DNA from: an uncultured Candidatus Saccharibacteria bacterium
GTDB taxonomy: Bacteria > Patescibacteriota > Minisyncoccia > Minisyncoccales > JANBVM01
DNA length: 64,000 bases
Reading direction: 5' to 3'
NCBI GenBank assembly: GCA_964435835.1
Contig: CAYSZX010000001.1
Span: 8,197-72,196 of the forward strand
The position numbers and the translations under genes are program-made. Positions 1-9,404 of this stretch are shown here, piece after piece. How positions within the stretch are numbered: position 1 is the first letter of the stretch; each line of letters opens with the position of its first letter. The notes beneath the pieces are model-generated. The model had not been told where the DNA came from. It was given only the letters and a program-made list of their open reading frames with translations, and did no database searches.

Positions 1-223
1 ATTCTGTTACTCTGTAATCAGCAATAACCCCGTCCCTTAAAGGACGATAAACAGAAATAGAATCAGGTGTCCTGCCCACCATTTGCTTAGCTTTTCTTCC
101 AACCGCTAAAATACTGTTGTTTTCAACATCAACAGCAACCACCGATGGTTCTCTTAAAACTATTCCCTTATTAGGTCGAAAAACTAAGGAATTACAAGTT
201 CCTAAATCAATACCAATTTTCAT
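1..223 (-). CDS. mreB: Rod-shape protein MreB, N-terminal part; gene runs off the window edge
   Basis: Reverse-strand translation from ATG at 221-223 gives [74 protein letters not shown], the canonical MreB/actin-fold N-terminus. Not in the ORF track because it is partial. Confidence 0.8.
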   Translation of the reverse strand, partial: MKIGIDLGTCNSLVFRPNKGIVLREPSVVAVDVENNSILAVGRKAKQMVGRTPDSISVYRPLRDGVIADYRVTE

Positions 224-343
224 TTAAAAATATTAAAAATTAACTTAAATTCTCATTAAGTATAAGACAAAATAATAAGTTTTGCAACTTAAAAAATACC
301 TTAAAAACTTGCGATTTAAGCTACTAACAAATATAATAACAAC

Positions 344-1621
344 ATGAAAAGAAAATATAGAAAAATACTATTTATTAGCTTCTTTTTATTCTTTTTTATT
401 GTTGCTCCTATTCTCACTTTTCGCTCACAAGGCTACAGAATAGATTTTGAAAACAAAAGAATAATTCAAACTGGAGGTCTTTATTTCAAAATTAATCCTA
501 AAGAAGCAAGTGTTTATTTAAATAATGAATTTGTTAAAAAAACAGATTTCCTTTTTAATTCAATTTTAATAGAAAACCTGTTACCGCAAGAATACAACGT
601 AAAAATAAAGAAAAAAGACTACATTACTTGGGAAAAAAATCTTACCGTTAAAGAAAAACAGGTTACTGAAGCAGCCGGAATAACTCTTTTTCCTCAAGAA
701 TTTAATTTTAAATCAATCTCTAATGAAGTAGAAGATTTCTGGATTTCACCAAGCGAAGAAAAGATAATCTGGAAAGAAGTAGAAAATAATAATTGGAGCT
801 TAAAACTTTATAATTTTAATAAAGAACTACAAAGTCACTTAATAAGCGAAAAAGATATTTCTAGAAGAAAGGTTGATCTAATAAATTTAACTTTTTCTCA
901 AGACGGAGAAAAAATTTATTTAAAAGTAATTACTGCCGAACAACTCAAAACCTTTAGTTTAAATATAGATAAAGGTCCTTCTACTCTAAAAGAAGAAAAA
1001 CAGCCTCAATTAAAATCAGAGATTATAACCCATCAATCTTTTAATAATCAAAATTACTATTTAACTAGTTCTGGCTACTTATATAAAACAAAAGAAGACT
1101 TAAATAGCACTTCAATTACCGATAAAGAAGTAATCAACAAAACCCCCTTTCCTGTCAAAGCAGAAACTCCTTATCATTTATTTATTTTTCCTGAATTTAT
1201 TTTTCTAAAAGAGGGGAATATCGTTTATCTTTTCAATCAAGGAACAAAAGAATTTGAAAGATTAGAAGAACAAATTAAGAACTTTAAATTATCTCCCGAC
1301 TCTAAAACAATTGCTTATTACATTAACTCTGAAATCTGGATTTTACCTATAAAAGAAACAAAAATATATGAAGCCAAAGAAAAAGTATTTCTAGTAAGAT
1401 TTTCTGAATCAATCCAAAATATTTTTTGGATTAATTCAAATTATTTAGCTTTTAATACAAAAAATAAGGTCAAAATTACAGAAATAGATACAAGAGATCA
1501 ATTAAATATTATCGATGTTGGAGAATTTCAATCTTCAGAAATCTTTTGGAGTCCAATTACTGAAAGATTATATGTCTTAACTGATAAGAATCTTCAACAA
1601 TCAATAAAATTATTACCTTAA
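344..1621 (+). CDS. Hypothetical membrane-anchored extracytoplasmic protein, beta-rich, possibly propeller-like
   Basis: 425-aa ORF with N-terminal K-rich segment plus a hydrophobic helix (ILFISFFLFFFIVAPILTF). No recognisable catalytic motif. One of only a few plus-strand genes here. Confidence 0.45.
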   Translation: MKRKYRKILFISFFLFFFIVAPILTFRSQGYRIDFENKRIIQTGGLYFKINPKEASVYLNNEFVKKTDFLFNSILIENLLPQEYNVKIKKKDYITWEKNLTVKEKQVTEAAGITLFPQEFNFKSISNEVEDFWISPSEEKIIWKEVENNNWSLKLYNFNKELQSHLISEKDISRRKVDLINLTFSQDGEKIYLKVITAEQLKTFSLNIDKGPSTLKEEKQPQLKSEIITHQSFNNQNYYLTSSGYLYKTKEDLNSTSITDKEVINKTPFPVKAETPYHLFIFPEFIFLKEGNIVYLFNQGTKEFERLEEQIKNFKLSPDSKTIAYYINSEIWILPIKETKIYEAKEKVFLVRFSESIQNIFWINSNYLAFNTKNKVKITEIDTRDQLNIIDVGEFQSSEIFWSPITERLYVLTDKNLQQSIKLLP

Positions 1622-1627
1622 TTTAAA

Positions 1628-1656
1628 AAGCCCTTCCAAAAAGGGCTTCTTCTTTT
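1628..1656. terminator. Bidirectional rho-independent terminator between convergent genes
   Basis: Perfect 8-bp stem AAGCCCTT/AAGGGCTT with a 5-nt loop, A-run upstream and T-rich run downstream. Sits between the stop of the 344..1621 gene (+) and the stop of rpsI (-). Confidence 0.6.
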
Positions 1657-1673
1657 ACAATAAAAATTAAAAA

Positions 1674-2132
1674 CTATCTCTTGCTCCATTGTGGAGACTT
1701 TCTTGCTCGTTTCTTACCAAATTTCTTTCTTTCCCTCATCCTTGAATCTCTGGTTAAATAACCAGCTTTTTTTAATTTATTTTTAAATTCAGGTTTATAA
1801 ATGATAAGAGCTCTTGCTGTTCCGTGACGGATTGCTTCCGCTTGTCCAGAAAGCCCTCCTCCTCGAGCAACAATTGAAACTTTTACTTTTCCATCAAGAT
1901 TCATTTCTTTCAAAGAAGCTAAAGCTGTCTCTCTTTGAAATTTAGTTGAAAAATAATCCTTTAAAGGCTTGTCATTAACTATAAACTTACCTTTTTTCTT
2001 AGGCCAAATTCTAACCCTTGCTACTGAAGTTTTTCTTCTTCCTTCTGCTTCATAATACCAATCCTTCCCCTTCTTTTCGGTTTTCTTTTTTTCTTTTTTC
2101 TTCTTTTTTGTTTTCTTTTCTTCTTTTGCCAT
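1674..2132 (-). CDS. rpsI: 30S ribosomal protein S9
   Basis: RRKTSVARVRIWPKKGKFIVN...GGGLSGQAEAIRHGTARAL...YLTRDSRMRERKKFG is the S9 signature. Carries a ~30-aa Lys-rich N-terminal extension. Confidence 0.9.
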   Translation of the reverse strand: MAKEEKKTKKKKKEKKKTEKKGKDWYYEAEGRRKTSVARVRIWPKKKGKFIVNDKPLKDYFSTKFQRETALASLKEMNLDGKVKVSIVARGGGLSGQAEAIRHGTARALIIYKPEFKNKLKKAGYLTRDSRMRERKKFGKKRARKSPQWSKR

Positions 2133-2138
2133 AATAAA

Positions 2139-2486
2139 TTATTCAAACTTTAACCTTTTAATCTGAACCTTTCTTGTTCTATTTTTAGGTAACATCCCAT
2201 AAACAGCCTTTTTAAAAACCTTGGCTGGATTCTTTTCAAACATCTCCTTAAAAGACTTTTCTTTAATGCCGCCAATGTATCCAGTATGATGATGATATTT
2301 CTTTTTATCTGCTTTTTTTCCAGTAACCACAATTTTATCAACATTTTTTATAACAACTATATCGCCCATATCTTTACGCTTAACAAAATCAACCTTATGT
2401 TTCCCACGCAAAAGAGTAGCTACTTTTGTAGCCAACCTACCTAAAATTTCACCTTTTGCATCTATAATGTGTGTTTCTCTTTTCAT
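2139..2486 (-). CDS. rplM: 50S ribosomal protein L13
   Basis: IIDAKGEILGRLATKVATLLRGKHK...YHHHTGYIGG...MLPKN matches L13. Confidence 0.9.
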   Translation of the reverse strand: MKRETHIIDAKGEILGRLATKVATLLRGKHKVDFVKRKDMGDIVVIKNVDKIVVTGKKADKKKYHHHTGYIGGIKEKSFKEMFEKNPAKVFKKAVYGMLPKNRTRKVQIKRLKFE

Positions 2487-2487
2487 T

Positions 2488-2835
2488 TTAAACTAATTCT
2501 ACTATAGCCATTTTAGCACCATCGCTTTTTCTTGGTTCTAATTTTAAAATCCTCGTATAACCACCGTTTCTATTTTTATAACGAGGGCCAATTTTTTCCA
2601 TTAATTTTTTAACAACCACAGGATCAAAAAATTTAGCTAAAGACCTTCGGGCAGCCAAGTCACCTTTTTTAGCTTTTGTAATCTGTTTTTCAGCAAACTT
2701 TCTAAATTCTTTAGCTTTTGCCTCCGTAGTCTTAATTTTTTCTTTCAGAAATAATTCTCTTGCCAAAGAACGAATAAGAGCTTTTCTTTGGTTAGATTTC
2801 CGACTAAGAGTTCTTTTCTTTTTTCTTTTCTTCAT
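2488..2835 (-). CDS. rplQ: 50S ribosomal protein L17
   Basis: ALIRSLARELFLKEKIKTTEAKAKEFR...GPRYKNRNGGYTRILKL...AKMAIVELV matches L17. Confidence 0.9.
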   Translation of the reverse strand: MKKRKKKRTLSRKSNQRKALIRSLARELFLKEKIKTTEAKAKEFRKFAEKQITKAKKGDLAARRSLAKFFDPVVVKKLMEKIGPRYKNRNGGYTRILKLEPRKSDGAKMAIVELV

Positions 2836-2836
2836 C

Positions 2837-3841
2837 TTATTCTTCTTTTTCTTTTAAGCTAACATCTAATTCTTTTAAAGCCTTATCAACCTTTTTTAAT
2901 CTTCCTGGACCCATTCCATCAATATCTAAAAGACTTTCTCTTGTTCTGCGTAATAAACCAGCAATTGTTTTGATATTATCATCTCGAAGCAAATTAATAG
3001 TTTTAGTTGGTAAATCTAAATCTTCAATCTTAATCTTTTTTACTTTCTTCTTCTTTTTTGGCTTTTCTTCTTTTTCTTCCTCCTCTTCTTCCTCTTCCTC
3101 CTCTTCTTCTTTTTCCTCTTCGACTCCATATTCGTCATGAATTAATTCAAAATGTTGAAGTAATATCTTTGAGCCCCGTCCTAAAGCTTCTTCCGGAGTA
3201 ATAGTTCCATCAGTTTCAATTTCTAAAAATAATCTATCAAAATCAGTTCTTTCACCCACCCTCATATCTTCAGATCTAAAAGTAACTTTTTTAATTGGAC
3301 TAAAGATAGCATCTATTAAAATAACACCGATTTCGATATTCTCTTCTTTTTTCTTATCTTTGGTTTGATAACCAATCCCCTTTTCAACCTTAATTTCCAT
3401 TTTCAGCTTAGCTTTTTTATCAGTTAAAGTAGCAATATGAACATCTTTATTAACTAATTCCAGCTGACTTGAAATTTTGAGATCTTTACCAGTAACTTCT
3501 TTTTTTCCTTTTACATCCAAGGTTGCTTTTTGAGGCTTATCAGAAAACATCTTAAATCTTAATTTTTTTAAATTAAGAATAATATTAATCACATCCTCTA
3601 AAACACCAGAAATAGTTGAAAATTCATGAGAAACTCCGTCAATCTTAACTTGAGTTACAGCTGCTCCACCCAAAGAAGAAAGTAAAACTCTTCTAAGAGC
3701 ATTGCCAAGAGTTACTCCGTAACCAGGATAAAGCTCACTTATTTCAAAAATAGCTTTATTACCATCTTCTTCGACAATTTTAGGTTTTTTAGACAAAGGA
3801 ATCATATATTTTTTAAAATTATTATCTTGAGTAAAACTCAA
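2837..3841 (-). CDS. rpoA: DNA-directed RNA polymerase alpha subunit, with an acidic poly-Glu linker
   Basis: GVTLGNALRRVLLSSLGGAAVTQVKIDGVSHEFSTI is the alpha NTD signature and the C-terminal DLDLPTKTINLLRDDNIKTIAGLL is the alpha CTD helix-hairpin-helix. A run EEEKEEEEEEEEEEEEKEEKPKKKKK lies between the two domains. The start could instead be the internal MIPLSKK at 3805, because the 3841 start overlaps the rpsD stop. Confidence 0.9.
   Translation of the reverse strand: MSFTQDNNFKKYMIPLSKKPKIVEEDGNKAIFEISELYPGYGVTLGNALRRVLLSSLGGAAVTQVKIDGVSHEFSTISGVLEDVINIILNLKKLRFKMFSDKPQKATLDVKGKKEVTGKDLKISSQLELVNKDVHIATLTDKKAKLKMEIKVEKGIGYQTKDKKKEENIEIGVILIDAIFSPIKKVTFRSEDMRVGERTDFDRLFLEIETDGTITPEEALGRGSKILLQHFELIHDEYGVEEEKEEEEEEEEEEEEKEEKPKKKKKVKKIKIEDLDLPTKTINLLRDDNIKTIAGLLRRTRESLLDIDGMGPGRLKKVDKALKELDVSLKEKEE
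3060..3125. repeat. Trinucleotide (TTC/CTC)n simple-sequence tract inside rpoA, encoding the poly-Glu linker
   Basis: Plus strand reads ttcttctttttcttcctcctcttcttcctcttcctcctcttcttctttttcctcttc, which is GAA/GAG codon repeats on the coding strand. Confidence 0.7.
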
Positions 3842-4442
3842 AGATAGCTTGTATATTAACAGGAGGAGACACCTCCTCTAAAGTTGGTATATGAATTATT
3901 TTCCCTTCCATTTTCTTTAAATCAAAATGAACCCAAGGAACTTTTTCGCTCTTCATTCTTTTCTTAAAGCTCTTAATAACTTTTTTCTTAGTTTTTTGAG
4001 GTCTAAGAGAAACAACTTGTTCCTCCTTTAAATGATAAGAAGGAATATCGACTGGATTTCCGTCAACTAAAAAGAAACCGTGAGAAACTAATTGCCTTGC
4101 CTGACTTCTAGAAAGACCAAATCCTAATCTATAAACAAAACTATCAAGACGAGTTTCCAATAAATTTATTAATCTATCAGAAGCATTTTCAGTTTTTTCT
4201 TTAAAAACTCTAGTAATGTATTTTCTAAGCTGGGCTTCTCTTAACCCATAAATATTTTTCAACTTCTGTTTTTCGTTTAACTGCTTAGCATATTCAGACG
4301 GACGTCCTTTTCGTCTAGTTCCTTTTTGACCGGGTGGATATGGTTTTTTAACCATTGCACAATTTTGAGAATAACAACGATCCCCTTTTAAAAAGAGTTT
4401 TTCTCCTAACCTCCGACAAATTTTACACTTTGGTTTTAACAT
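3822..4442 (-). CDS. rpsD: 30S ribosomal protein S4
   Basis: KPKCKICRRLGEKLFLKGDRCYSQNCA (Zn-ribbon) plus YGLREAQLRKY...SRSQARQLVSHGFFLVDGN (S4 domain). Confidence 0.9.
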   Translation of the reverse strand: MLKPKCKICRRLGEKLFLKGDRCYSQNCAMVKKPYPPGQKGTRRKGRPSEYAKQLNEKQKLKNIYGLREAQLRKYITRVFKEKTENASDRLINLLETRLDSFVYRLGFGLSRSQARQLVSHGFFLVDGNPVDIPSYHLKEEQVVSLRPQKTKKKVIKSFKKRMKSEKVPWVHFDLKKMEGKIIHIPTLEEVSPPVNIQAIFEFYSR

Positions 4443-4461
4443 AATTTAAATAAAAAATTCC

Positions 4462-4914
4462 TTATACCCTTCTTGGTTTTTTAGCTCGACAACCATTATG
4501 TGGGATTGGAGTAATATCTTTAACAGAAACAATAGTCAAGCCATTAGCAGCTAATCCTTTAAGAGCAGAAACTCTTCCCGCTCCTATTCCTTTAACAACA
4601 ACGTCAAGCTTCTTAATTTTTGCTTTTTTAACCGCATAAGCCATTGCTTCAGCTACTTTTGTGGCGGCAAAAGAGGTTCCTTTTTTAGTTCCTTTAAATC
4701 CTAGTTTTCCAGCTGAAGTCCAAAACAAAGCGTTACCAGCCATATCTGTTAAAGTCATAATAATATTATTGTAGCTACAAGTAAGATGAATCTTACCTTC
4801 TTTTATTCTAGCAGCGGTATTTAAATTTAAATCTTCCTTAACAGAAGATTCAACTTTTTTTCTTTCCTTTAATAATTCTTCTTTACTTTTGGTAACAATA
4901 TGTTTCTTGCCCAT
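4462..4914 (-). CDS. rpsK: 30S ribosomal protein S11
   Basis: IHLTCSYNNIIMTLTDMAGNALFWTSAGKLGFKGTKKGTSFAA...GIGAGRVSALKGL matches S11. Has an N-terminal extension. Confidence 0.9.
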   Translation of the reverse strand: MGKKHIVTKSKEELLKERKKVESSVKEDLNLNTAARIKEGKIHLTCSYNNIIMTLTDMAGNALFWTSAGKLGFKGTKKGTSFAATKVAEAMAYAVKKAKIKKLDVVVKGIGAGRVSALKGLAANGLTIVSVKDITPIPHNGCRAKKPRRV

Positions 4915-4925
4915 ACTTTAATATT

Positions 4926-5315
4926 TTATTTTGGATTTGGAGCTTGCTTTCTCCCTGATCCAACAGTTCTTCTAACATTACCTCTAACAGTTCGACTATT
5001 TGTTTTTGTTCTTTGTCCTCTAACTGGCAAACCTTTCTTGTGCCTTATTCCTCTCCAACAATCAATATCCTTTAATCTTTTAATTGAATTAATAACTTCT
5101 CTTTTTAATTCACCCTCAACTGTAAAATCCTTTTCTATAATTTTCTTTAAGCGATTAATTTCTTCAGAATTCAAATCTTTAGCTTCAGTAGCAGGATCAA
5201 TATTAGCTGTTTCTAAAATATCTTTACTTGAAGAAAGACCTATTCCGTAAATATAGGTTAAAGCTACTTCTATTTTCTTGTCTTTTGGTATATTAACTCC
5301 GCTAATTCTTGGCAT
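4926..5315 (-). CDS. rpsM: 30S ribosomal protein S13
   Basis: [26 protein letters not shown]...DCWRGIRHKKGLPVRGQRTKTN matches S13. Confidence 0.9.
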   Translation of the reverse strand: MPRISGVNIPKDKKIEVALTYIYGIGLSSSKDILETANIDPATEAKDLNSEEINRLKKIIEKDFTVEGELKREVINSIKRLKDIDCWRGIRHKKGLPVRGQRTKTNSRTVRGNVRRTVGSGRKQAPNPK

Positions 5316-5431
5316 TATCCTTGTCTTTGTTTATGTTTAGGGTTTTTCTTACAAATAACATAGACTCGTCCCTTTCTACGGACGATTTGACAATGTCTAC
5401 ATATTTTTTTAACAGATGATTTAACTCTCAT
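5315..5431 (-). CDS. rpmJ: 50S ribosomal protein L36
   Basis: Manual reverse translation from ATG at 5429-5431 gives [38 protein letters not shown] (38 aa, C-x2-C...C-x4-H zinc ribbon). Missed by the ORF track because it is under 60 aa. Its stop overlaps the rpsM start by 1 nt. Confidence 0.8.
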   Translation of the reverse strand: MRVKSSVKKICRHCQIVRRKGRVYVICKKNPKHKQRQG

Positions 5432-5437
5432 AATTTT

Positions 5438-5656
5438 TTATGTTTTTCTATAAATTATCCTTCCTTTACTTTTATCATAAGGGCTTATTTCTAAAGTTAC
5501 CTTATCGCCAGGTAAAACATTAATCCTATACATTCTTAATTTCCCAGCTAAATAAGCTAAAACTTCTTTACCATCCTCAAGTTCAACTTTGAACTTACCA
5601 TCTGGTAAAGCTTCTATAACTTGCCCTGTTTTTTTTATCTTTTTCTCTTTATTCAC
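5438..5656 (-). CDS. infA: Translation initiation factor IF-1
   Basis: [60 protein letters not shown] is an S1-like OB fold typical of IF-1. Confidence 0.9.
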   Translation of the reverse strand: MNKEKKIKKTGQVIEALPDGKFKVELEDGKEVLAYLAGKLRMYRINVLPGDKVTLEISPYDKSKGRIIYRKT

Positions 5657-5702
5657 TAATGGTTAAAATTTAACAAAAATATTAAAGATAGTCAACTTAA
5701 TT

Positions 5703-6923
5703 TTAACTAATTAAGGGATAAATAACTTCTATCCTCTCTTTTTCTTTCGGAACAGTATTGACCCAAAATGGCCAAAAATTTATCTCAGCATCAGTAATTT
5801 CATTTTGATTTTCTAAAAGAAACTCTGTTTCAGAAGCTTGCTTACCTTTTAACTGATCTTTTAAAAAATCAATATCAATTTGAGGATAAGTTTCTGTTTC
5901 TACAGTAAAATTAACAGAAAGAGTTTCATTCTCCCAATCAACATTTTCTAAATTATAATCTATTTTTAAACTATCTTCATACAATAAACTATTCTTTGGA
6001 ATCTGGGACTCAACATAATTTCTAACTAAGTCTCTAGCTATTTCTGATTCAAAAGAAATTACTTTAGATTTCCCCTTAACAGTAAAATCAAAATTATTTA
6101 CAATTTCCTCTTCTTCATTAGAAGAAAAACGTTCCAAAATAACCTCCTTAAAAGCATCATCTAAAATTACATATTCATCCTCTATCTTACTTCGAAGAAG
6201 TTTTGTAGCCTCTTGTTTAACTTTAGCAACTAAAACATCTTCAGCGCTTTCTAAATCATTACTTGTAATCTTACCGAGTTCCCCTCCTCCTTCCATTGGC
6301 TGAAAAGACTCACCATAAAAATTAGTATAACGATCAGTTCCCCTATAAACATAAATCGAGAAAGAAGAAGGTTCTATATTATATTCTTCGCCAGATTCAA
6401 CAGCAACAACCGGAACATCAACATGGCTCGGAATTATTTTATCATTCTGAATTTCAGCCCCTGGAACAACAATTTTCTCTTTAGATTTAAAGATCTTTCC
6501 ACCTTCAGAAACAAATCTTGTCCCTGCCAACCAAGTTTCTGTTCTTGTTGTATAGGCATTATAAAGCCTAATCACTCCTTCTGCTTTTCTTTTAGTAGTA
6601 CCCGTAACAGGAAATTCATCAGTTATTTCCACTTCCTCTTCAAAAACTCGACCCGAAACTATATTCTCTTCATAATCATTTTCTAAAACACCAGTATCTA
6701 CAGTAAAATTAGAATCAAGATTAAAAGTTTGCGTTTTAGGCCAAATCTTAATCTCCGATTTAGACATTTCAAAAGTAACAAATAAGCCTAAACCTAAAGC
6801 CACCAAGAACAAGAAAATTCCCCAATTGAACTTAAAAGAAAACTTCTTTTTGGATTTTTCTTTTCTTGATTCTTTAATTTCTTTGTTATTTTTAGGTGGG
6901 GTAATATCCCAAAACTTTTTCAT
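5703..6923 (-). CDS. Hypothetical membrane-anchored protein
   Basis: 406-aa ORF with N-terminal basic region plus TM helix (GIFLFLVALGLGLFVTF), then an acidic beta-rich ectodomain. No known motif. Tightly packed (4-nt gap) downstream of alaS. Confidence 0.45.
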   Translation of the reverse strand: MKKFWDITPPKNNKEIKESRKEKSKKKFSFKFNWGIFLFLVALGLGLFVTFEMSKSEIKIWPKTQTFNLDSNFTVDTGVLENDYEENIVSGRVFEEEVEITDEFPVTGTTKRKAEGVIRLYNAYTTRTETWLAGTRFVSEGGKIFKSKEKIVVPGAEIQNDKIIPSHVDVPVVAVESGEEYNIEPSSFSIYVYRGTDRYTNFYGESFQPMEGGGELGKITSNDLESAEDVLVAKVKQEATKLLRSKIEDEYVILDDAFKEVILERFSSNEEEEIVNNFDFTVKGKSKVISFESEIARDLVRNYVESQIPKNSLLYEDSLKIDYNLENVDWENETLSVNFTVETETYPQIDIDFLKDQLKGKQASETEFLLENQNEITDAEINFWPFWVNTVPKEKERIEVIYPLIS

Positions 6924-6927
6924 AATT

Positions 6928-8709
6928 TTATTCTAATACAGCTCTTATCCTTCTAACTCCTGCGCTAGAAGATTTTTCTTTAATAATTTTAAAACGGCCC
7001 AGTTCCTTAGTATTTTCCACATGCGGACCAGCACAAATCTCTTTAGAAAAATTACCAACCGAATAAACACTAACTTTGTCCGGATATTTATCTTTGAATA
7101 AGGCCAGGGCACCTGAATTTAAAGCTTTTTCTAATTCCATTTCTTTTTCTTTTACTGCTAACCCCTCTTTTATCTTTTGATTAACTAAATCCTCTACTTT
7201 TTTTAATTCTTTATCAGTCATTGGTTTGGAATGACTAAAATCAAATCTTAACCTTTTAGGATTAATATTTGATCCCTTCTGTTCAACATGATCTCCTAAA
7301 ACCTCTCTTAAAGATTGATGTAACAAGTGAGTAGCAGTATGTAATTTGGTAGATTCATAATTAGCATCCTTTCCTACTCCACCGAATTTCTTTTCTGCCC
7401 CAACTCTTGAAACTTTTTGGTGTTCTTTTTTTGCCTTCTTCCAGCTCTCCTCCTTTATAAATTTTACCCCCTCTTCTTGAGCAATTTCTTTAATCATTTC
7501 CAAAGGTAGTCCATACGTCTTATAAATATCATAAGCTTCAGCCCCAGTAATAGAACCTTTTTTTTCAAAAATAGAGTGAACTTCTTTTTCCCCCCTTTCT
7601 AAAGTTTTAGAAAACTTCTGTTCTTCCTTTTTAATTACTTTAAATATATCCTCTCTTCTCTTTTCTAATAAAGGATAAAACTCTTTATACTTTTCAATTA
7701 TTTCTTTAGCTAAATCAATTAAAAAATCACCCTCTAAATCAATTTGTTTTCCAAATCTAATCATTCTTCTTAATAATCTTCTTAAAATATAACCCTGGCC
7801 CTCATTAGAAGGAATTATTCCTTCCGAGGCTAAAAAAACAACTCCTCTTATATGATCAGCTAAAATTCTAAAAATCCTCTTTTCTTTATTATAATCCTTA
7901 CTAGAAAGAGATTCAATTTTATCAATAACAGAAGAAAACAAATCAGTTTTATAAACAGAAGGCTTGCCTTGTAAAATACTTAACATTCTTTCTAGTCCCA
8001 TACCAGTATCAACATTTTTTTGTTTTAAAAGCCTATAAGAACCGCCCCTCTCTCTATAATATTGCATAAAAACTAAATTCCAAATTTCAAGAAAACGATC
8101 ACATTTTTCACAATTAGGCCCACAATCTTGACCACCACAACCAAATTCTTCCCCTTTATCATAAAAAATCTCAGTTGAGGGACCACAAGGTCCAGTATTT
8201 CCTACTGGTCCCCAAAAATTATCATCTTCAAATTCAGTAATCTTTTCTTCCGGAAAACCATGTTTCATCCAAATCTCTTTAGCCTTAATATCTTTTTCTA
8301 TTTCGTCATTTCCTTTAAAAATAGTAATTGATAATTTGTTTTTATCTATTTTTAAAACATTAAGCAAAAAATCAACAGCATAATTAATAGCTCCTTCTTT
8401 AAAATAACCTCCTTTCTTTTCTCCAATAGACCAATTACCCAACATTTCAAAAAAAGTATGATGTGTCTCATCACCCACTTCTTCAATATCATCAGATCTA
8501 AAACATTTTTGACAAGAAGCTAACTTATTATTCTCAAAATCTTCAAAAACATCTTTTTCTCCAGCCAAATGTAAAGTAAACTGCTGCATTCCAGCTGTAG
8601 TAAATAAAACAGAAGAATTAATTGGCTTAAGTGAAGAAGAAGGAACAATATTATGTTCATTCTTTTTAAAATAATTTAAATAATGATTTCTTAATTTTCT
8701 ATACTTCAT
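6928..8709 (-). CDS. alaS: Alanyl-tRNA synthetase, short form (catalytic plus editing domains, no C-terminal C-Ala domain)
   Basis: FTTAGMQQF and HHTFFEMLGNWSIG are class-II AlaRS catalytic motifs. HTATHLLHQSLREVLGDHVEQKGSNI...CAGPHV is the editing-domain Zn motif. Only 593 aa, against about 870 aa for typical bacterial AlaRS. Confidence 0.8.
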   Translation of the reverse strand: MKYRKLRNHYLNYFKKNEHNIVPSSSLKPINSSVLFTTAGMQQFTLHLAGEKDVFEDFENNKLASCQKCFRSDDIEEVGDETHHTFFEMLGNWSIGEKKGGYFKEGAINYAVDFLLNVLKIDKNKLSITIFKGNDEIEKDIKAKEIWMKHGFPEEKITEFEDDNFWGPVGNTGPCGPSTEIFYDKGEEFGCGGQDCGPNCEKCDRFLEIWNLVFMQYYRERGGSYRLLKQKNVDTGMGLERMLSILQGKPSVYKTDLFSSVIDKIESLSSKDYNKEKRIFRILADHIRGVVFLASEGIIPSNEGQGYILRRLLRRMIRFGKQIDLEGDFLIDLAKEIIEKYKEFYPLLEKRREDIFKVIKKEEQKFSKTLERGEKEVHSIFEKKGSITGAEAYDIYKTYGLPLEMIKEIAQEEGVKFIKEESWKKAKKEHQKVSRVGAEKKFGGVGKDANYESTKLHTATHLLHQSLREVLGDHVEQKGSNINPKRLRFDFSHSKPMTDKELKKVEDLVNQKIKEGLAVKEKEMELEKALNSGALALFKDKYPDKVSVYSVGNFSKEICAGPHVENTKELGRFKIIKEKSSSAGVRRIRAVLE

Positions 8710-9404
8710 TTTAAGCTCTTTACTGTTTCAATTATCTTAACAAATTCTTTAGAATCCAAAGAAGCGCCACCAACCAAAACACCATTAAATTTATCTTCTC
8801 CAACAAAATCTAAAACATTACTACTATTAACACTTCCTCCATACAAAACAATTTGTTTTTCTTTAAAAGTATTTTGAATTTCTGAATTCATCTTTTTTGC
8901 TTTTTCTGGATTATAAGGTTTACCAGTCCCAATTGCAGAAATTGGTTCAAAAGCAATTATTACTTTGCTTTTATCTTCTATATTCTTCAAGCCAGTTTCT
9001 AATTGAGAAATTTTATCAATACATAAAATAGGAATTAAACTTTCCTCTAAACAAAGACTAATTTTCTTTTGAATAACTTCACCCTCTTCTTTAAATAATC
9101 TTCTTCTTTCCGAATGACCAATAATAACATATTTACAATTCAAGTCTTTCAACATTAAAACAGAAACTTCTCCGGTAAAAGAACCTCCTTTTTCCCAAAA
9201 ACAATTTTGAGCTCCTAAATCAAAATTTAATTGATGATTTAGGTTGTTTACAGTTTTAGGTATAAAAACAAAAGGAGGACAAATTATAACTTGAACTTTT
9301 TCACTCCTTTCAAAATGATCATTCACTCCATTTAAAAATTTCCTAGCTCTTTTTAGTGTCTTAGGATTACATTTCCAATTCCCTACAACAAATAACTGCT
9401 TCAT
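8706..9404 (-). CDS. tpiA: Triosephosphate isomerase
   Basis: VVGNWKCNP...IIGHSERR...AFEPISAIGTG...YGGSV are TIM-barrel TPI motifs, including the catalytic K, H and E positions. Confidence 0.85.
   Translation of the reverse strand: MKQLFVVGNWKCNPKTLKRARKFLNGVNDHFERSEKVQVIICPPFVFIPKTVNNLNHQLNFDLGAQNCFWEKGGSFTGEVSVLMLKDLNCKYVIIGHSERRRLFKEEGEVIQKKISLCLEESLIPILCIDKISQLETGLKNIEDKSKVIIAFEPISAIGTGKPYNPEKAKKMNSEIQNTFKEKQIVLYGGSVNSSNVLDFVGEDKFNGVLVGGASLDSKEFVKIIETVKSLK

Noticed and set aside
2150-2344. 64-aa ORF on the minus strand inside rplM, in another frame
   Set aside because: It is entirely contained in the well-supported L13 gene and its product is low-complexity (Leu/Lys-rich), which is typical of an AT-rich alternate-frame artefact.
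4900-5250. 116-aa plus-strand ORF antisense to rpsM
   Set aside because: It is antisense to a conserved ribosomal gene and has a hydrophobic low-complexity translation.
6423-6686. 87-aa plus-strand ORF antisense to the 5703-6923 gene
   Set aside because: It is embedded antisense in a longer, better ORF and is Phe/Asn-rich and low-complexity.
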